From Octopus vulgaris (lineage: Eukaryota): DNA of 64,000 nucleotides. A program made the translations under genes and the position numbers. How positions within the stretch are numbered: position 1 is the first letter of the stretch; the number at the start of each line of letters is the position of its first letter. The DNA lies in the NCBI GenBank assembly GCA_951406725.2, contig OX597838.1:23746001-23810000 (forward strand), written 5' to 3'. The notes beneath the pieces were generated by a model. The model saw only the letters and a program-made list of their open reading frames with translations. It did not search any database and was not told where the DNA came from. This document shows positions 25,321-36,730 of this stretch, piece by piece.

Positions 25321-26714
25321 GTAAACACACTTAACCTTATTCGCTGGTGTATAACTTGCACCTTTTCTCATTTAAAAAAACATTTTAGAGGAAACCCCTG
25401 TGTGTTATATACAAAAGTTACTTTTTTATGTAAAAGAGTAAAACACTCCTTTCAGTCACAAATGACCATGGGATTGCACCTAGAAAGTTCCCCTCCGAGG
25501 CATAAGTCTGAGCAAGGTTGTTTATGGAAGACCAGCAGTTGCTCATGTGTGCCAGTCTCCTCTCTCCACACCACTGATGTTGTCCAAGGGAAAGGCAAAG
25601 GCCGATACAACTTGATACCAGTGACATTGCGACTCATTTTTACAGCTGAGTCAACTGAAGGAAGGGGAAATAAAGTGTCTTGCTCAAGAACACAACATAC
25701 AGCTTGGTCCAGAGATTGAACTCACTACTTCGTGATTATAAGCCTGATACTCAAACCACTGAACCATGTGCTTTCACATACCTCTGGGCTTCTTGACATG
25801 TGACTGCTCAAAAAGGAAGATCTTGCTTACATGGTGTCGTTTGTTTCTTGTTTCCCCATGTAAACCCCTCTGAATTTTCCAAACATGTTTGTTGTTTGAT
25901 AGACCAAGGGATTATTACCTTACTGGAATAGAAGTGGGTGTTAGTGACAAGAAAGACATCTGGATATAGAAAAGTCTACCTCAACATACCCTTATCTGAC
26001 CCATGCTAGCCTGGAAAAATAGATGTTAAAATGATGGTGTGGCTGTGTGGAGGTACAGGCATAGGTAAGAATTTCGCTTCCCAACCACATGACTCTAGGT
26101 TCAGTCCCCCTCCATGGTACCTTGGGCAAGAATATTCTACTATAGCCTTGGGCCATTTATGAGTGGATTTGATAGGTGGAGACTGAAAGAAGCCTGTTGT
26201 GTGTGTGTGTTTGTCCCGCACCACTGCTTCACAACCGGTGTTGGTATGTGTGTGTCTCTGTAACTTAGCAGCTCAGCAAAAGAGACTGATTGAATAAGTA
26301 CTAGGTTTTAAAAAAATAAGTCCTAGCATTGATTTGTTTCAATAAAAACCTTCATGATGGTGCCCCAGCATGACCACAGTCAAATGACTGAAACAAGTAA
26401 AATATAAAAGATATACGTGTGTGTATGTGTGTCCCACCACTGCTTGACAACCAGTGTTGGTTTGTTTACATCCAGTAACTTAGCACTTCGGCAAAAGTGA
26501 CTGATAAAATAAGTACCAGACTTAAAAAGTTAGTACTGTGGTTGATCTGTTCGATTAAAATTCTTCAAAATGGCTGAAGACTGAAGCAAGTAACTGATAA
26601 AAGATCTATATATATATATAATATATATATATATATCTGTCTGTCTATTTATCTACTTATCTATATACATGTGTGTGTGTGTAATCTTAGTATATTCTGT
26701 GTATGTGTTTGTAG

Positions 26715-26815
26715 GTTACAAAACTGTGGAACTTACAGAAGAACAAATACAGAGGCGCCAACAACGAGCTAAAAAACGACGGCTACAAGCACAAGAAAAG
26801 AGAGAGAAGGACAAG
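26715..26815 (+). CDS. INO80B: INO80B internal exon, PAPA-1 region (phase 1 in, 0 out)
   Basis: ttgtag| and |gtaagg. Encodes YKTVELTEEQIQRRQQRAKKRRLQAQEKREKDK. Confidence 0.94.
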
Positions 26816-27822
26816 GTAAGGAAAATAACTTTACGGGTTGGTTGTTCTTGCTGTGTATTAATTAAGCTGCCTTCTTGTCTTTAGTTAGCTCTGCACAAGC
26901 TGACGTATTGGATTGCAGCTAAGTTCACTGCCATCAATTCATCACAGGTGAATTCACTGTGAAGAAAGTTCATGGTGAGGAAAGTTTACCGAGAAAATAT
27001 ATCCATAGTATTTCACCATTAATGTGGTTGGATAGCCAAACTTGCAGGCGAGCCAAGAAGTTGAGCCTACCACTGGACTAAGACCAGTAGAGCAAGCCAT
27101 TGTCACATGGTGGTCTACGCAGTGGGGGTAGTATTAGGTGTGAAATGTCCAGGTTACTGTCCACCTTAACTTGATGCACCTCCACACTATAACAGAACTT
27201 GGTTAGCATAGGCCTCTCTACTGGTTTCATCTTTTGATGGTTTAACTCTCTGGGGACACCCAGGCTGATTGATCGACCCAAGTGATACAAGCTGACAGGA
27301 CATCGAGGCCAATCCATCAGCCAGATGAAACAAATGTTGTGAATGGTTGGTTTTGAAATGCAATAGCTAATCAGAGATCGTCTTTCAGTATATGTATCTC
27401 AATAGAAAAAAATTTTGGCATTTTTGGCTACACATACCAAAACACTGCGTCTCTCAAAAGGGGTTAAACATAGGAAAACAACCACATCAGTCACTATTTT
27501 GGTGTATTCATGTGTTTTGTTTGTTTGCCTGGTGTCTAAATGGTGGAGCAGGAATAGAGTTAATGTGTTTTTTTTTAGGCTGGCGTTGCTATACAAGTTT
27601 GTTACGTGGCTGAGTTTTCTAAATAAATACATTGTTGCGCATTTTTCGACATTGATCGATCTGTTGATATTGTTGCTAGTAGAAAGTTGGCATGGTTCCA
27701 GGTCAGAATTACAGCTGAACTACACAAAACGAATCGTGACTTGTGATGTGAATACATAGCTGAGCAGTTAGTTGTACTGAAAATGTGTGTGCATGTATGT
27801 GTACGTTTGTGTATATACATTT

Positions 27823-27872
<50 letters not shown>

Positions 27873-27954
27873 GATTGTTAAACAGGACATCAAACATTAA
27901 GGCAAGATAAACATCTCAAGTCATATGCAATATTATTACAGGAAGAAATTCAAA

Positions 27955-28010
27955 ATCTTACAGCTGTTTCTGGGTTAGCCTCAAGTATGGGATATTCCAT
28001 CATCAGAGAC
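27955..28010 (-). ncRNA. Type-I hammerhead ribozyme motif
   Basis: Minus strand: gtct-CTGATGA-tgg...cca-GAAACAGCTGTA-agat. Canonical core, palindromic stem III ACAGCTGT, GUA cleavage triplet. Confidence 0.75.
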
Positions 28011-28159
28011 AAATTGGTGGGGGAAAAAAATGGAAAAAATAAATAAATAAAATATTAGGGAAAAAATATATATAGATATGTGTGCATACATATATATATG
28101 TATACACACACACATATGGTGATGATGATAAAAAAGAACTTGCTACGGAGGAAACACAG

Positions 28160-28555
28160 GTGCAGGAGTGGCTGTGTGGTAAGTAGCTTGCTTACCAACC
28201 ACATGGTCCCGGGTTCAGTCCCGCTGCGTGGCACCTTGGGCAAGTGTCTTCTACTATAGCCTCAGGCCGACCAAAGCCTTGTGAGTGGATTTGGTAAACA
28301 GAAACTGAAAGAAGCCCGTCATATATATATATGTATGTGCATGTATATCTTTGTGTGTCTGTGTTTGTCCACCAACATCGCTTGACAACTGATGCTGGTG
28401 TGTTTATGTCCCCGTAACTTAGCGGTTCAGCAAAAGAGACTGATAGAATAAGTACTAGGCTTACAAAGAATAAGTCCTGGGTTCGATTTGCTTGACTAAA
28501 GGCAGTGCTCCAGCATGGCCATAGTCAAATGACTGAAACAAGTAAAGAAAAGAAT
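28160..28555 (+). mobile_element. tRNA-derived SINE family B with internal microsatellite, representative copy (others + at 9505, 26035, 35020; - at 1760, 13765, 28620)
   Basis: gcaggagTGGCTGTGTGGtaag ... GGTTCAGTCCC, ccttgggcaagtgtctt, central (TA/TG)n, and 3' part ending actgaaacaagtaaa(ag)n. Confidence 0.9.
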
Positions 28556-29512
28556 ACATACAAGCCCTCACATATACATGTGTACACACACACGCACACT
28601 GTATGTACATGCAGCCACACACACAACAGGCTTCTTTCACTTTTCATTTGCCGAATCCACTTGCAAGACTCTGATCAGTCCAGGTCTATAGTTGAAGACA
28701 CTTACCCAAGTTGTCACACAGTGGAATTGAACCTGAAACCATGTGGTTTGAAAGCGAACGTCTTTAACCACACAGCCATGCCTAAAAATAGTTATATTCT
28801 AAAATTATCATGCAAGCCATTTTTCTTTTTTACTTTTTTTTTTACCTATAAAGCCTTCCTGTTGTTGATGGTGCTAAAAAAGATTCCTTATGATGACAAT
28901 CATCATCATCATCATCGTTTAGCATCTGCTTTCCATGCTAGCATGGGTTGGATGGTTCAACTGGGGTCTGGGAAGCCAGAAGGCTGCACCAGGCCCAGTC
29001 TAATCTGGCAATGTTTCTACGGCTGGATGCCCTTCCTAACACCAAACACTCCGTGAGTGTAGTGGGTGCTTTTTACGTGCCAGAGAAGGCTGGCAAACGG
29101 TCACGATCAGATGGTGCTTTTTACATGCCACCGGCACGGAGGCCAGGCAAGGCTGGCAATGGTCACGATCGGATGGTGCTTTTTATGTGACAATGTTGTT
29201 AATATAAATAATAATTCTTTCTACTACAAGCAAAAGGCCTGAAATTTGGGGGAGGATACTAGTCAATTACATCAACCCCCAGTGTTTCACTGGTACTTGA
29301 TTTATCGACCCTGAAAGGATGAAAGGTAAAGTTGGCCTCGGCGCATTTTGAACTCAGAACGTAGCGGTGCGTGAAATACTGCTAAGCATTTCGTCCGGCG
29401 CACTAACGATTCTGCCAGCTCGCCGCCTTGTTAATATAAATTATAATGTTGAGTGTTGTTATTGATGATGACAATGATGATAAAATTTTTCCCATTCTGT
29501 CTTTCTTCACAG

Positions 29513-29569
29513 AAACAAACCCTTGAAAGATTATTAAAGAAACAGGAAACAAAAACCAAAGCACCAAAG
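29513..29569 (+). CDS. INO80B: INO80B internal exon, PAPA-1 region (phase 0/0)
   Basis: tcttcacag| and |gtaggt. Encodes KQTLERLLKKQETKTKAPK (T.ERLLK motif). Confidence 0.93.
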
Positions 29570-30329
29570 GTAGGTGATTCGATTCTTCTGGTTTGCTTCT
29601 GGACATTATCACATTTGGTGTTGAATGAAACAGCATCAGAAGACATCATTAGGCTTTTTTAGGTTTTCTTTCCAGAGCCAGGAAGTTCTTGAGCTCCTTG
29701 TTAGCTGTTGACGTTCTGTTCTTATCAAGTGAGGCCCACACCTGAGTACTGCTTATGTGACTGGGTTAGTATTGCTACACACACACATGGTCATAGACAT
29801 GCACAGTCATAAAGATACACACACACACGCACGCATGCACAATATCACAGACATACAGACACTTAAGCATAGACACACACACACACATACACAGACATTT
29901 ACTCATGCACGTAGACATACACATACACCTGCATAGACATACACAGGCATATGCATAGACATACACAGGCATATGCATAGACATACACAGGCATATGCAT
30001 AGACATATGTACGCACTTAAACATATATCTGCACATAAACACACGAATAGACATACACGCACACACATTCACATATATGCACTCACACAGACATACTCAT
30101 GCATTAACATACATACACGTCCACATAGGTACACACACACACACACATTCCAAAGATTTAGGGTTTTCTTTTTCTTTCAAACACTCATATAGCAGCAACA
30201 ACCTTGGTCTGTATGTGTTTCTTGGAAAATTGTTTGTTGCTTGTGCTTATGTCCTAGATCCAGCTGGTCGTCATGTGAACTATTCCCCAGAAATGATCTG
30301 ACTTATTTAACACTGGGTCATTCTATACA

Positions 30330-30641
30330 TACGAGGTGGTATCAAAAAGCTCCTGGACTAGTTCCGTAGCGCATGCCAACAGATGGCAGCACATGTTTGT
30401 GTGCGCAGTGCGAGCTAGTTGTGCTGAATGACATCGCTGTGTTTATTTCACAAGTTGGGAAATTTGTGTTTTTGTGATCACATGCATACTGTAGTCTGCG
30501 AATTTTGTCATGAACAGGAAGTTGGAAGCAAAAGCCAACGTGAAATTCTGCGTTAAACTTGGGAAGTCTGCTACAGAGACATTGAGCATGCTTCCGTAAG
30601 CTTACAGCGAGAAGGCAATGAATTGTACACAATATTCAAGT
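30330..30641 (+). mobile_element. Mariner-like element, 5' fragment
   Basis: TA-CGAGGTGGTATCAAAAAGCTCCTGGACTAG TIR, then ANVKFCVKLGKSATETLSML (mariner N-terminal HTH). Cut off by a SINE. Confidence 0.85.
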
Positions 30642-30644
30642 AGT

Positions 30645-30840
30645 GGCGGTGCAATGGCCCAGTGGTTAGGGCAGCAGACTCGCGGTCGGAGGATCGTGGT
30701 TTCGATTCCCAGACCAGGTGTTGTGTGCGTTTATTGAGCGAAAACACCTAAAGCTCCACTAAGCTCCGGCAGGGGGTGGGGGTGGTGGCGATCCCTGCTG
30801 TACTCTTTCGCCACAACTTTGTCTCACTCACTCTTCCAAA
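30645..30840 (+). mobile_element. tRNA-derived SINE abutting the truncated mariner
   Basis: ggcggtgcaaTGGCCCAGTGGttagggc...GGTTTCGATTCCC followed by a non-tRNA body. Confidence 0.7.
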
Positions 30841-31005
30841 AAAGCTAGCATGGAAAGCGGATGTTAAATGATGATGGTGGCGGCGACGACACAAATCATT
30901 TTTGCAGATCGTTCAGCAAAAGCCGAATGCTCACACGTCGTCCATCATTTTGGCAGTAATGAAGAATAGTAGTATGATTTTATTTTTTTCGTTTAATAAT
31001 TTCAG

Positions 31006-31124
31006 TTTAAAACCAACAGGCGGACTGACATTGCACGATACAGCTATGTGAATGGAGTATCTGGTATTTTCATTTCCGTACCAGCAGGATTTGATTTTCC
31101 ACTGAGATCTAAAACACGAACTGA
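31006..31124 (+). CDS. INO80B: INO80B internal exon (phase 0 in, 2 out)
   Basis: tttcag| and |gtaagt. Encodes FKTNRRTDIARYSYVNGVSGIFISVPAGFDFPLRSKTRT. Confidence 0.9.
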
Positions 31125-31278
31125 GTAAGTATTCACACTATTTACTGTATTGGTTTCTGCTTGTTTACTAGATCTTCCTCAAATCGCACCCTTCTCTCTG
31201 AAGGAAAACACAAATGAAATAATGTAGTCCTAGACATACTCCTAAAAAGATAGGGTTAGTGTTGGTCATGGCCTTTGA

Positions 31279-31476
31279 TTGGTTGCTTTTTTTACATTGT
31301 TGGAGCAAAAAGGTTTAAGATATTTTCAGTTACGGAAAGGTCCAAATAAAGTGGGGTTAATGGGGTTACCTCAGCCTTTATCAGATGCAATTAAGTTATT
31401 TAGAAAAGAGTATATTAAGCCTGCTTTGGTTAATTATTTTCCTTTTTTGGTTTGTCCATTTTTGAGTTTATTTTTT
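31279..31476 (+). pseudogene. ND1: NUMT: about 200-bp fragment of mitochondrial NADH dehydrogenase subunit 1 in the last INO80B intron
   Basis: Translates as [12 protein letters not shown](S)[27 protein letters not shown](S)KEYIKP...PFLSLF, with AGA read as Ser (invertebrate mitochondrial code). RKGPNKVG and QP.SDAIKLF.KE are ND1 hallmarks. Confidence 0.95.
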
Positions 31477-32036
31477 GTGATAATTTTCATCTGCCCGATG
31501 AAAATCATCACAGGTGAACTTTGTCAGGATTAACTTCAGACTAAAACATTCTATGAGTGGAGGTGCGTGGCTTAGTGGTTAGGTTGTCAGCATCATGATT
31601 GTAAGATTGTGGTTTTGATTCCTGGACCAGGCAACGCGTTGTGTTCTTGAGCAAAACCCTTCATTTCATGTTGCTCCAGTTCACTCAGCTGCCAAAAATG
31701 AGTAATGCTGCGATGGACTGGCGCCCCATCCAGCTGGGGAACACATACGCCATTGAAACCAGGAAACTGGGCTCATGAGCCTGGCTAGGCTTTAAAAGGG
31801 CGCATTTATTATTATTTTTTATTTAAAACACTCTATGCTGTAAAAACCATGCCAAAGCTGATGTAGAACCCGACAGAACCCTCCGACTCATCTGTTCTTG
31901 TCAAACCATCCAACCCATTCCAGTATGAATATAGGAACATTAAATGATGATGATGATGACGACAACAACAACAACAACAACGAAGAAGAGCTCAGTATTT
32001 GATACTGTTCTTAAATGTTCTCATTGTTTCTTTCAG

Positions 32037-32172
32037 CCGTCCCAAAACTGTGTTGTGTGGAGTACGGCATTGTAACAAAGTTCGGAAATATTCATGCTCT
32101 AAGACCGGTGTTCCACTATGCAGTTTACAGTGTTATAAGAAAAATTTACAGTTACATAAAGTTGCTTCATAA
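32037..32172 (+). CDS. INO80B: INO80B terminal exon, HIT-type zinc finger, TAA stop
   Basis: tttctttcag|. Encodes RPKTVLCGVRHCNKVRKYSCSKTGVPLCSLQCYKKNLQLHKVAS*, the C-x4-C...KYSC...PLCSLQCY zf-HIT pattern. Confidence 0.95.
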
Positions 32173-32198
32173 CACGAGGCGATGTGAGTTTCTTTGAA

Positions 32199-32204
32199 AA
32201 TAAA
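32199..32204 (+). terminator. Polyadenylation signal of INO80B
   Basis: AATAAA 26 nt after the stop codon, followed by an A run (32221-32229) and a long T/GT-rich downstream element. Confidence 0.65.
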
Positions 32205-33541
32205 TTTTACTTTTATATATAAAAAAAAAGTTTTGTTTTTTGTTTTGTTTGTTCTTTTGTGGTTTTCTTTAATATATTTACAGTTTTGTTGTTGTTGAAG
32301 TATTTACTAACAGCTTTTTTACATTCTAAGTTCAAATCCCATTGATTTTCTTTCAAGTTTGATAAAATAAGGTACCAGTCAAGAACTGGGGTTGATTAAT
32401 TCCCCTCCCCTCAAAATTGATGGTCTTACACCTATATCAGAAACTGATGTTGTTGTAACTACTACTACTACTACTGCTGCTGTTGTTGTTGAGTGAGAGA
32501 GCAGCACATGCCATCAAAGTGACACTAGGGTACAAAAATATGAAGCCCAGTATACCCATCATGACTACCTGTCTGATAAGGGTACACCAGGCACATGCAT
32601 CACAGCCATATGTGTGTGACATGGTGATCTCATATCAAGATATACAGTACACAACCTTGCAGGTGGGGCCCAGTTACAATTTTCTTTAGGTCAAGTAGCC
32701 CATCCTGCTCAAAAGGTCCCTGAATAAGGGCTGTTTAAGGATGTTTCCTGAGGGGAATTATTCAAACCCCAAAGAATTCCTCTCAGCACATGGCTATGAT
32801 GCTCCCCCACTATTTCTGCTCGTGATCAGAGATGCACATATCATCAGCCACTAAGGGACATGTTCAGCTGGTTAAGGGCAAACAACTTACAAGCAAATCT
32901 GTGGTATTGAGCAGAATATTTGCTGTTGCCCATCTTTTATATCAAGACAGAACAATGTACACGATAACACTTCCTACCAGTTAAGATCAGAAACCATGAG
33001 AGCCACTGCCAAGTACTGCATCAGATTATTATTATTATTACTAAGGTGTCAAACTGGCAGAATTGTTCGCATGTCAGGTGAAATGCTTTGTGGTATTTCG
33101 TCTACCACTATGTTCTGACTTCAAATGCTGGCATGATCAACTTTGCCTTTCATCCTTTCAGGGTTGATAAATTAAGAACCAGTCAAGTGCTGAGGTCGAT
33201 GAAATCGGCTAGTCCCCTTCCCCACAAATACCAGGCCTTGTTCCTATAGTAGAAAGGATTATTATTATTATCATTATTATCATCATCATCGAACAAACAT
33301 TGGAGCAAGATGCAGCCCCCAAGCTAGCAGAATCATTGGTATGCCGGACAAAATGCTAAGTAGTATTTTAGCCACTTTTATGTTCTGAGTTTCAATTCCA
33401 CCAAGGTCAATTTTGCCTTTCAACCTTTCGATGTTGAGGAGATAAATACCAGTTGAGCACTGGGATTGATATAGTTGACTTACCCCTTCCCTCCAAAATT
33501 TCATGCCTTGTGTCTATAGTAAAAAAGATTATCATTATTAT

Positions 33542-33617
33542 TCAGGTTACTGCCTGGAATTGAACTCGGAATCTTGGGGTTAGTAGCCCACACTCTTAAC
33601 CAATACGCCATATGCCC
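33542..33617 (-). mobile_element. tRNA-derived SINE head (same family as 13473)
   Basis: gggcataTGGCGTATTGGttaagagtgtgggctactaaccccaagattccGAGTTCAATTCCaggcag: A and B boxes present, acceptor stem does not close. Confidence 0.7.
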
Positions 33618-33649
33618 ATAAAATGACTTTGCTATGTTTTGTGTTACAA

Positions 33650-33880
33650 CAAGTAGGTGAAAGACAACAGTATCTGAACATGGTGAAAAATCAGGAGCTC
33701 GTCCATTATGGTCATATTTGAAGAAGCAAAGGTCTGGGAAAATGTTATCATGGAAGGAAGAGTAGAGGGCTGGCAGAGAAGGCAATGAATGGGTGATTTA
33801 CAGAGCTGGTTGGATAAGAGTGACCAGGCAGCTGGAGAATTGATGCGTTCATTGTAGTGTTATCAATGCCCTACAGGAGT
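33650..33880 (+). mobile_element. RTE-like LINE 3' remnant
   Basis: Degenerate LVHYGHI.R..GL / IMEGRVEG..QRRQ motif across a frameshift. Confidence 0.5.
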
Positions 33881-34173
33881 TACTGTATATGATATTGATG
33901 CTTAAGATAACATTTTGTATTATAAGAACATACATCATCATCATCATTTAATGTCCACTTCTCTGTGCTTGCATGGGTTCGGATGGAGTTTATTTGAGGG
34001 AGGTTTTCTATGATTGCACAATAGATTGTGCTGCTGTGTGTACTAGATAACTAGTGATGAGATAAATGTAAGAACCTCTGCACCGTGTAAAAACATGATG
34101 ATGATAAATGGTATTACATGCATTCCTCAAGAATAACATGAGATCAGAAATCTTCATACATGTGTGTGTGTGT

Positions 34174-35751
34174 GTATTAAAAAGTTCCTGGACTAGTTCT
34201 GTTGCATGGCAGCACATGGTTGCATGTGCAGTGAGAGAGAGCAGTGACCTTCATGTGGCAGTGTGCTATGTGACATTACTGTGTTTACTTTGCAAGTTGT
34301 GAAATTTGTGTTTTCGTGATCATGTGTATGCTGTAGTCTGTGATTTTGTCATGGACAGGAACAAATCACCAATGTGAAATTTTGCATTGAACTTGGGAAG
34401 TCTGCTACAGATATATCGAGCATGTTTTGGCAAGCTTATGGTGATGAGGCAATGGTTCATAGGCAATACTTTGAGTGGCATGGGCACTTTGAAAGCAAAG
34501 GAATGTCCCTGAAAGCCCTGCCATGAGTGTCACTCCCAGAAATGTGGAGAAAATTCATCAGCTTGTTCATGAGAAAACATCAGAGGACAATCAAAGACGT
34601 TTTGAAGCATTTGAGGAAGGACATTTGGCAAAAGCGACCAGATCAGTGGAGCAAGAAGCATTGGATTCTTCGTGGCAACAATGCACCTAGTCACCAAGTT
34701 CTCCCCACTTGTGAGTTTCTCACCAAAAACAACATGGTGTCGTTTCTGCACCTACCCTATTCTCAGATTTAGCAACTGCGGGACTGCCATCTCTTCCCCA
34801 AGATGAAAATGCAGCTCAGCGGTTGCTGTTTTAACAGCGTTGTCAAGATCAAGTGCAAATCGCAGAAGGTCCTCAACTCACAGAAGACAACTTCCCAGCG
34901 GATTCCAAAAGTAGCAGGTATGTTGGGACCGCTACATTGCTGTGCAAGGTAACTTTTCCAAAGAAGATGATGTTCAAACTTGTGCCGTCAAAAGTGACAG
35001 CTAATTATAGTATTTTATAGGTGCAGATGTGGCTGTGTGGTAAGTAGCTTGCTTACCAACCACATGGTTCCGGGTTCAGTCCTACTGCGTGACAACTTAG
35101 GCAAATGTCTTCTACTATAGCCTCGGGCCAACCAAAGCCTTGTGAGTGGATTTGGTAGAGGGAAACTGAAAGAAGCCTGTCATATATATATGTATATATG
35201 TGTGTGTGTCTGTGTTTGTACCCACAACATCGCTTGACAACTAATGCTGGTGTGTTTATGTCCGCGTAACTTAGCAGTTCGGCAAAGAGATGGATAGAGA
35301 AAGTAGCAGGCTTACAAAGAATAAGTTCTGGGGTCGATTTGTTCGACTAAAGGTGGTGCTCCAGTATAGCTACAGTGAATTGACTGAAACAAATAAAAGA
35401 AAAGAATAAATAAGGTACATAATAATCCAATACAAACATTCACATACTTCCCTTGTAATATACTCACACAGAGTTGAAACACTGATTTTTTTCTCAGCAT
35501 TGAATATTCACCATCCCACTTCCATTGCACTTTTACATACACACACACATATACCTACACAGAGTTGAAACGCTGTTTGATTTTTTTTTGTTACTGTAGA
35601 ACATCCATCATCCCACTATCAAGTTTGCCATCACCCCTTCCTTTCATTATTCGTCTATCACCCTTTTTCATTCATATGTTTTTTGACGGAGAAAAACACA
35701 AGTATTATTATAATAGATAACTAGTCCAGGAACTTTTGATACTACCTCGTA
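34174..35751 (+). mobile_element. Degenerate, internally deleted mariner-like element (same family as 30330) with nested insertions
   Basis: Left TIR remnant gtattaaaaagttcctggactag; right TIR ctagtccaggaacttttgatactacctcg-TA. Translation gives NVKFCIELGKSAT, WILRGNNAPSH (cf. HHDNAPAH) and HLPYS (cf. HPPYSPDLAP). Confidence 0.85.
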
Positions 35752-35869
35752 TATATATATATGTACACACACATATATATACAGGTTTGGTGATGCAGAC
35801 AGGAAGAATGGAACTCGAAACATTAGTCATCATCATCATCATCATTGTTTTTTCCCCCCAAAAAAAATG

Positions 35870-36730
35870 TCCGAAAGACTGTTTTCAACTTCCTCTCTGT
35901 TTCTGAATGTTTTGCCTCTTATGAAATGTTCTAGTGTTTGGAACAAATGGAAATTCTGTAGATGCAAAGTCAGGTGATTGTGGAGGATGTGGAAGAATTT
36001 CCCATCCTATGGATCTCGTTTTTTCTTTGGTTTGCTTTGAAGAGTATGACCATGCTTTGTCATACTGGAGAATAACACCTTACCTGTTTATCAAAGCTGG
36101 CCACTTTCAACATAATTTTTCATTTTACTCAATCAAGTTGTTGGCAATAGACATCTGTATTGGTGGTTCTTCCATGTTCCACCAAACACAGCAAGGACTT
36201 TTGTGGATGGAGTTCTGGTTTTGATGTTGGCACTGGCCTCTCATTACATAATAAATATTGTCTTTTTTCGTTTTCTGTTGCAATGCAAAACCTATTTTTC
36301 CTCACCTGTAAAAATGTACTGCAGAAATAACAGTTGTTAGGCTTGTTAGAAAACTGTTGCAGATGGTGGAATACCATGTTCAGTTCTCATGTGGAACCCA
36401 AATTCCCTCTCTGCATGTTTTCCCAATTTTCTGGAGATGTTCATGCATAGTGGAACACAACACATTAAATTTTTACACCAAATCTCTGGTGCTTTGATGT
36501 GGATCCAATACGATGTCATTCAAAAGGTCGTCATTCAGAGTGGGTCATTTTCCAGAGTGAGACGTGTCAGGTATGTCACAGTCCCCATCTTTAAGCCTTT
36601 TAAACCACAGCTGACATGTATGCACTTTCACTGCATTCGGATACACTTCACAAATGATTTTCATTGCTTCTGTAGCAGTACTTTTCTTCCAAAACTCATA
36701 CAGTAAGCAATGGTAGATATGTTGTTTCAT
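35870..36730 (-). mobile_element. Second mariner-family transposase remnant
   Basis: HIYHCLLYEF..KSTATEAMKIICEVYPNAVKVHTCQLWFKRLKDGD, PTSKPELHPQKSLLC and DVYCQQLD, with multiple frameshifts. Confidence 0.85.

Noticed and set aside
31279-31533. Nuclear-encoded functional ND1-like ORF
   Set aside because: Only a short internal fragment, intronic, with no proper start. Similarity ends at about 31476, so it is treated as a NUMT.
33542-33617. Functional tRNA gene (also 30645, 31560)
   Set aside because: Acceptor stems do not close and SINE bodies or microsatellites follow, so these are tRNA-derived heads.
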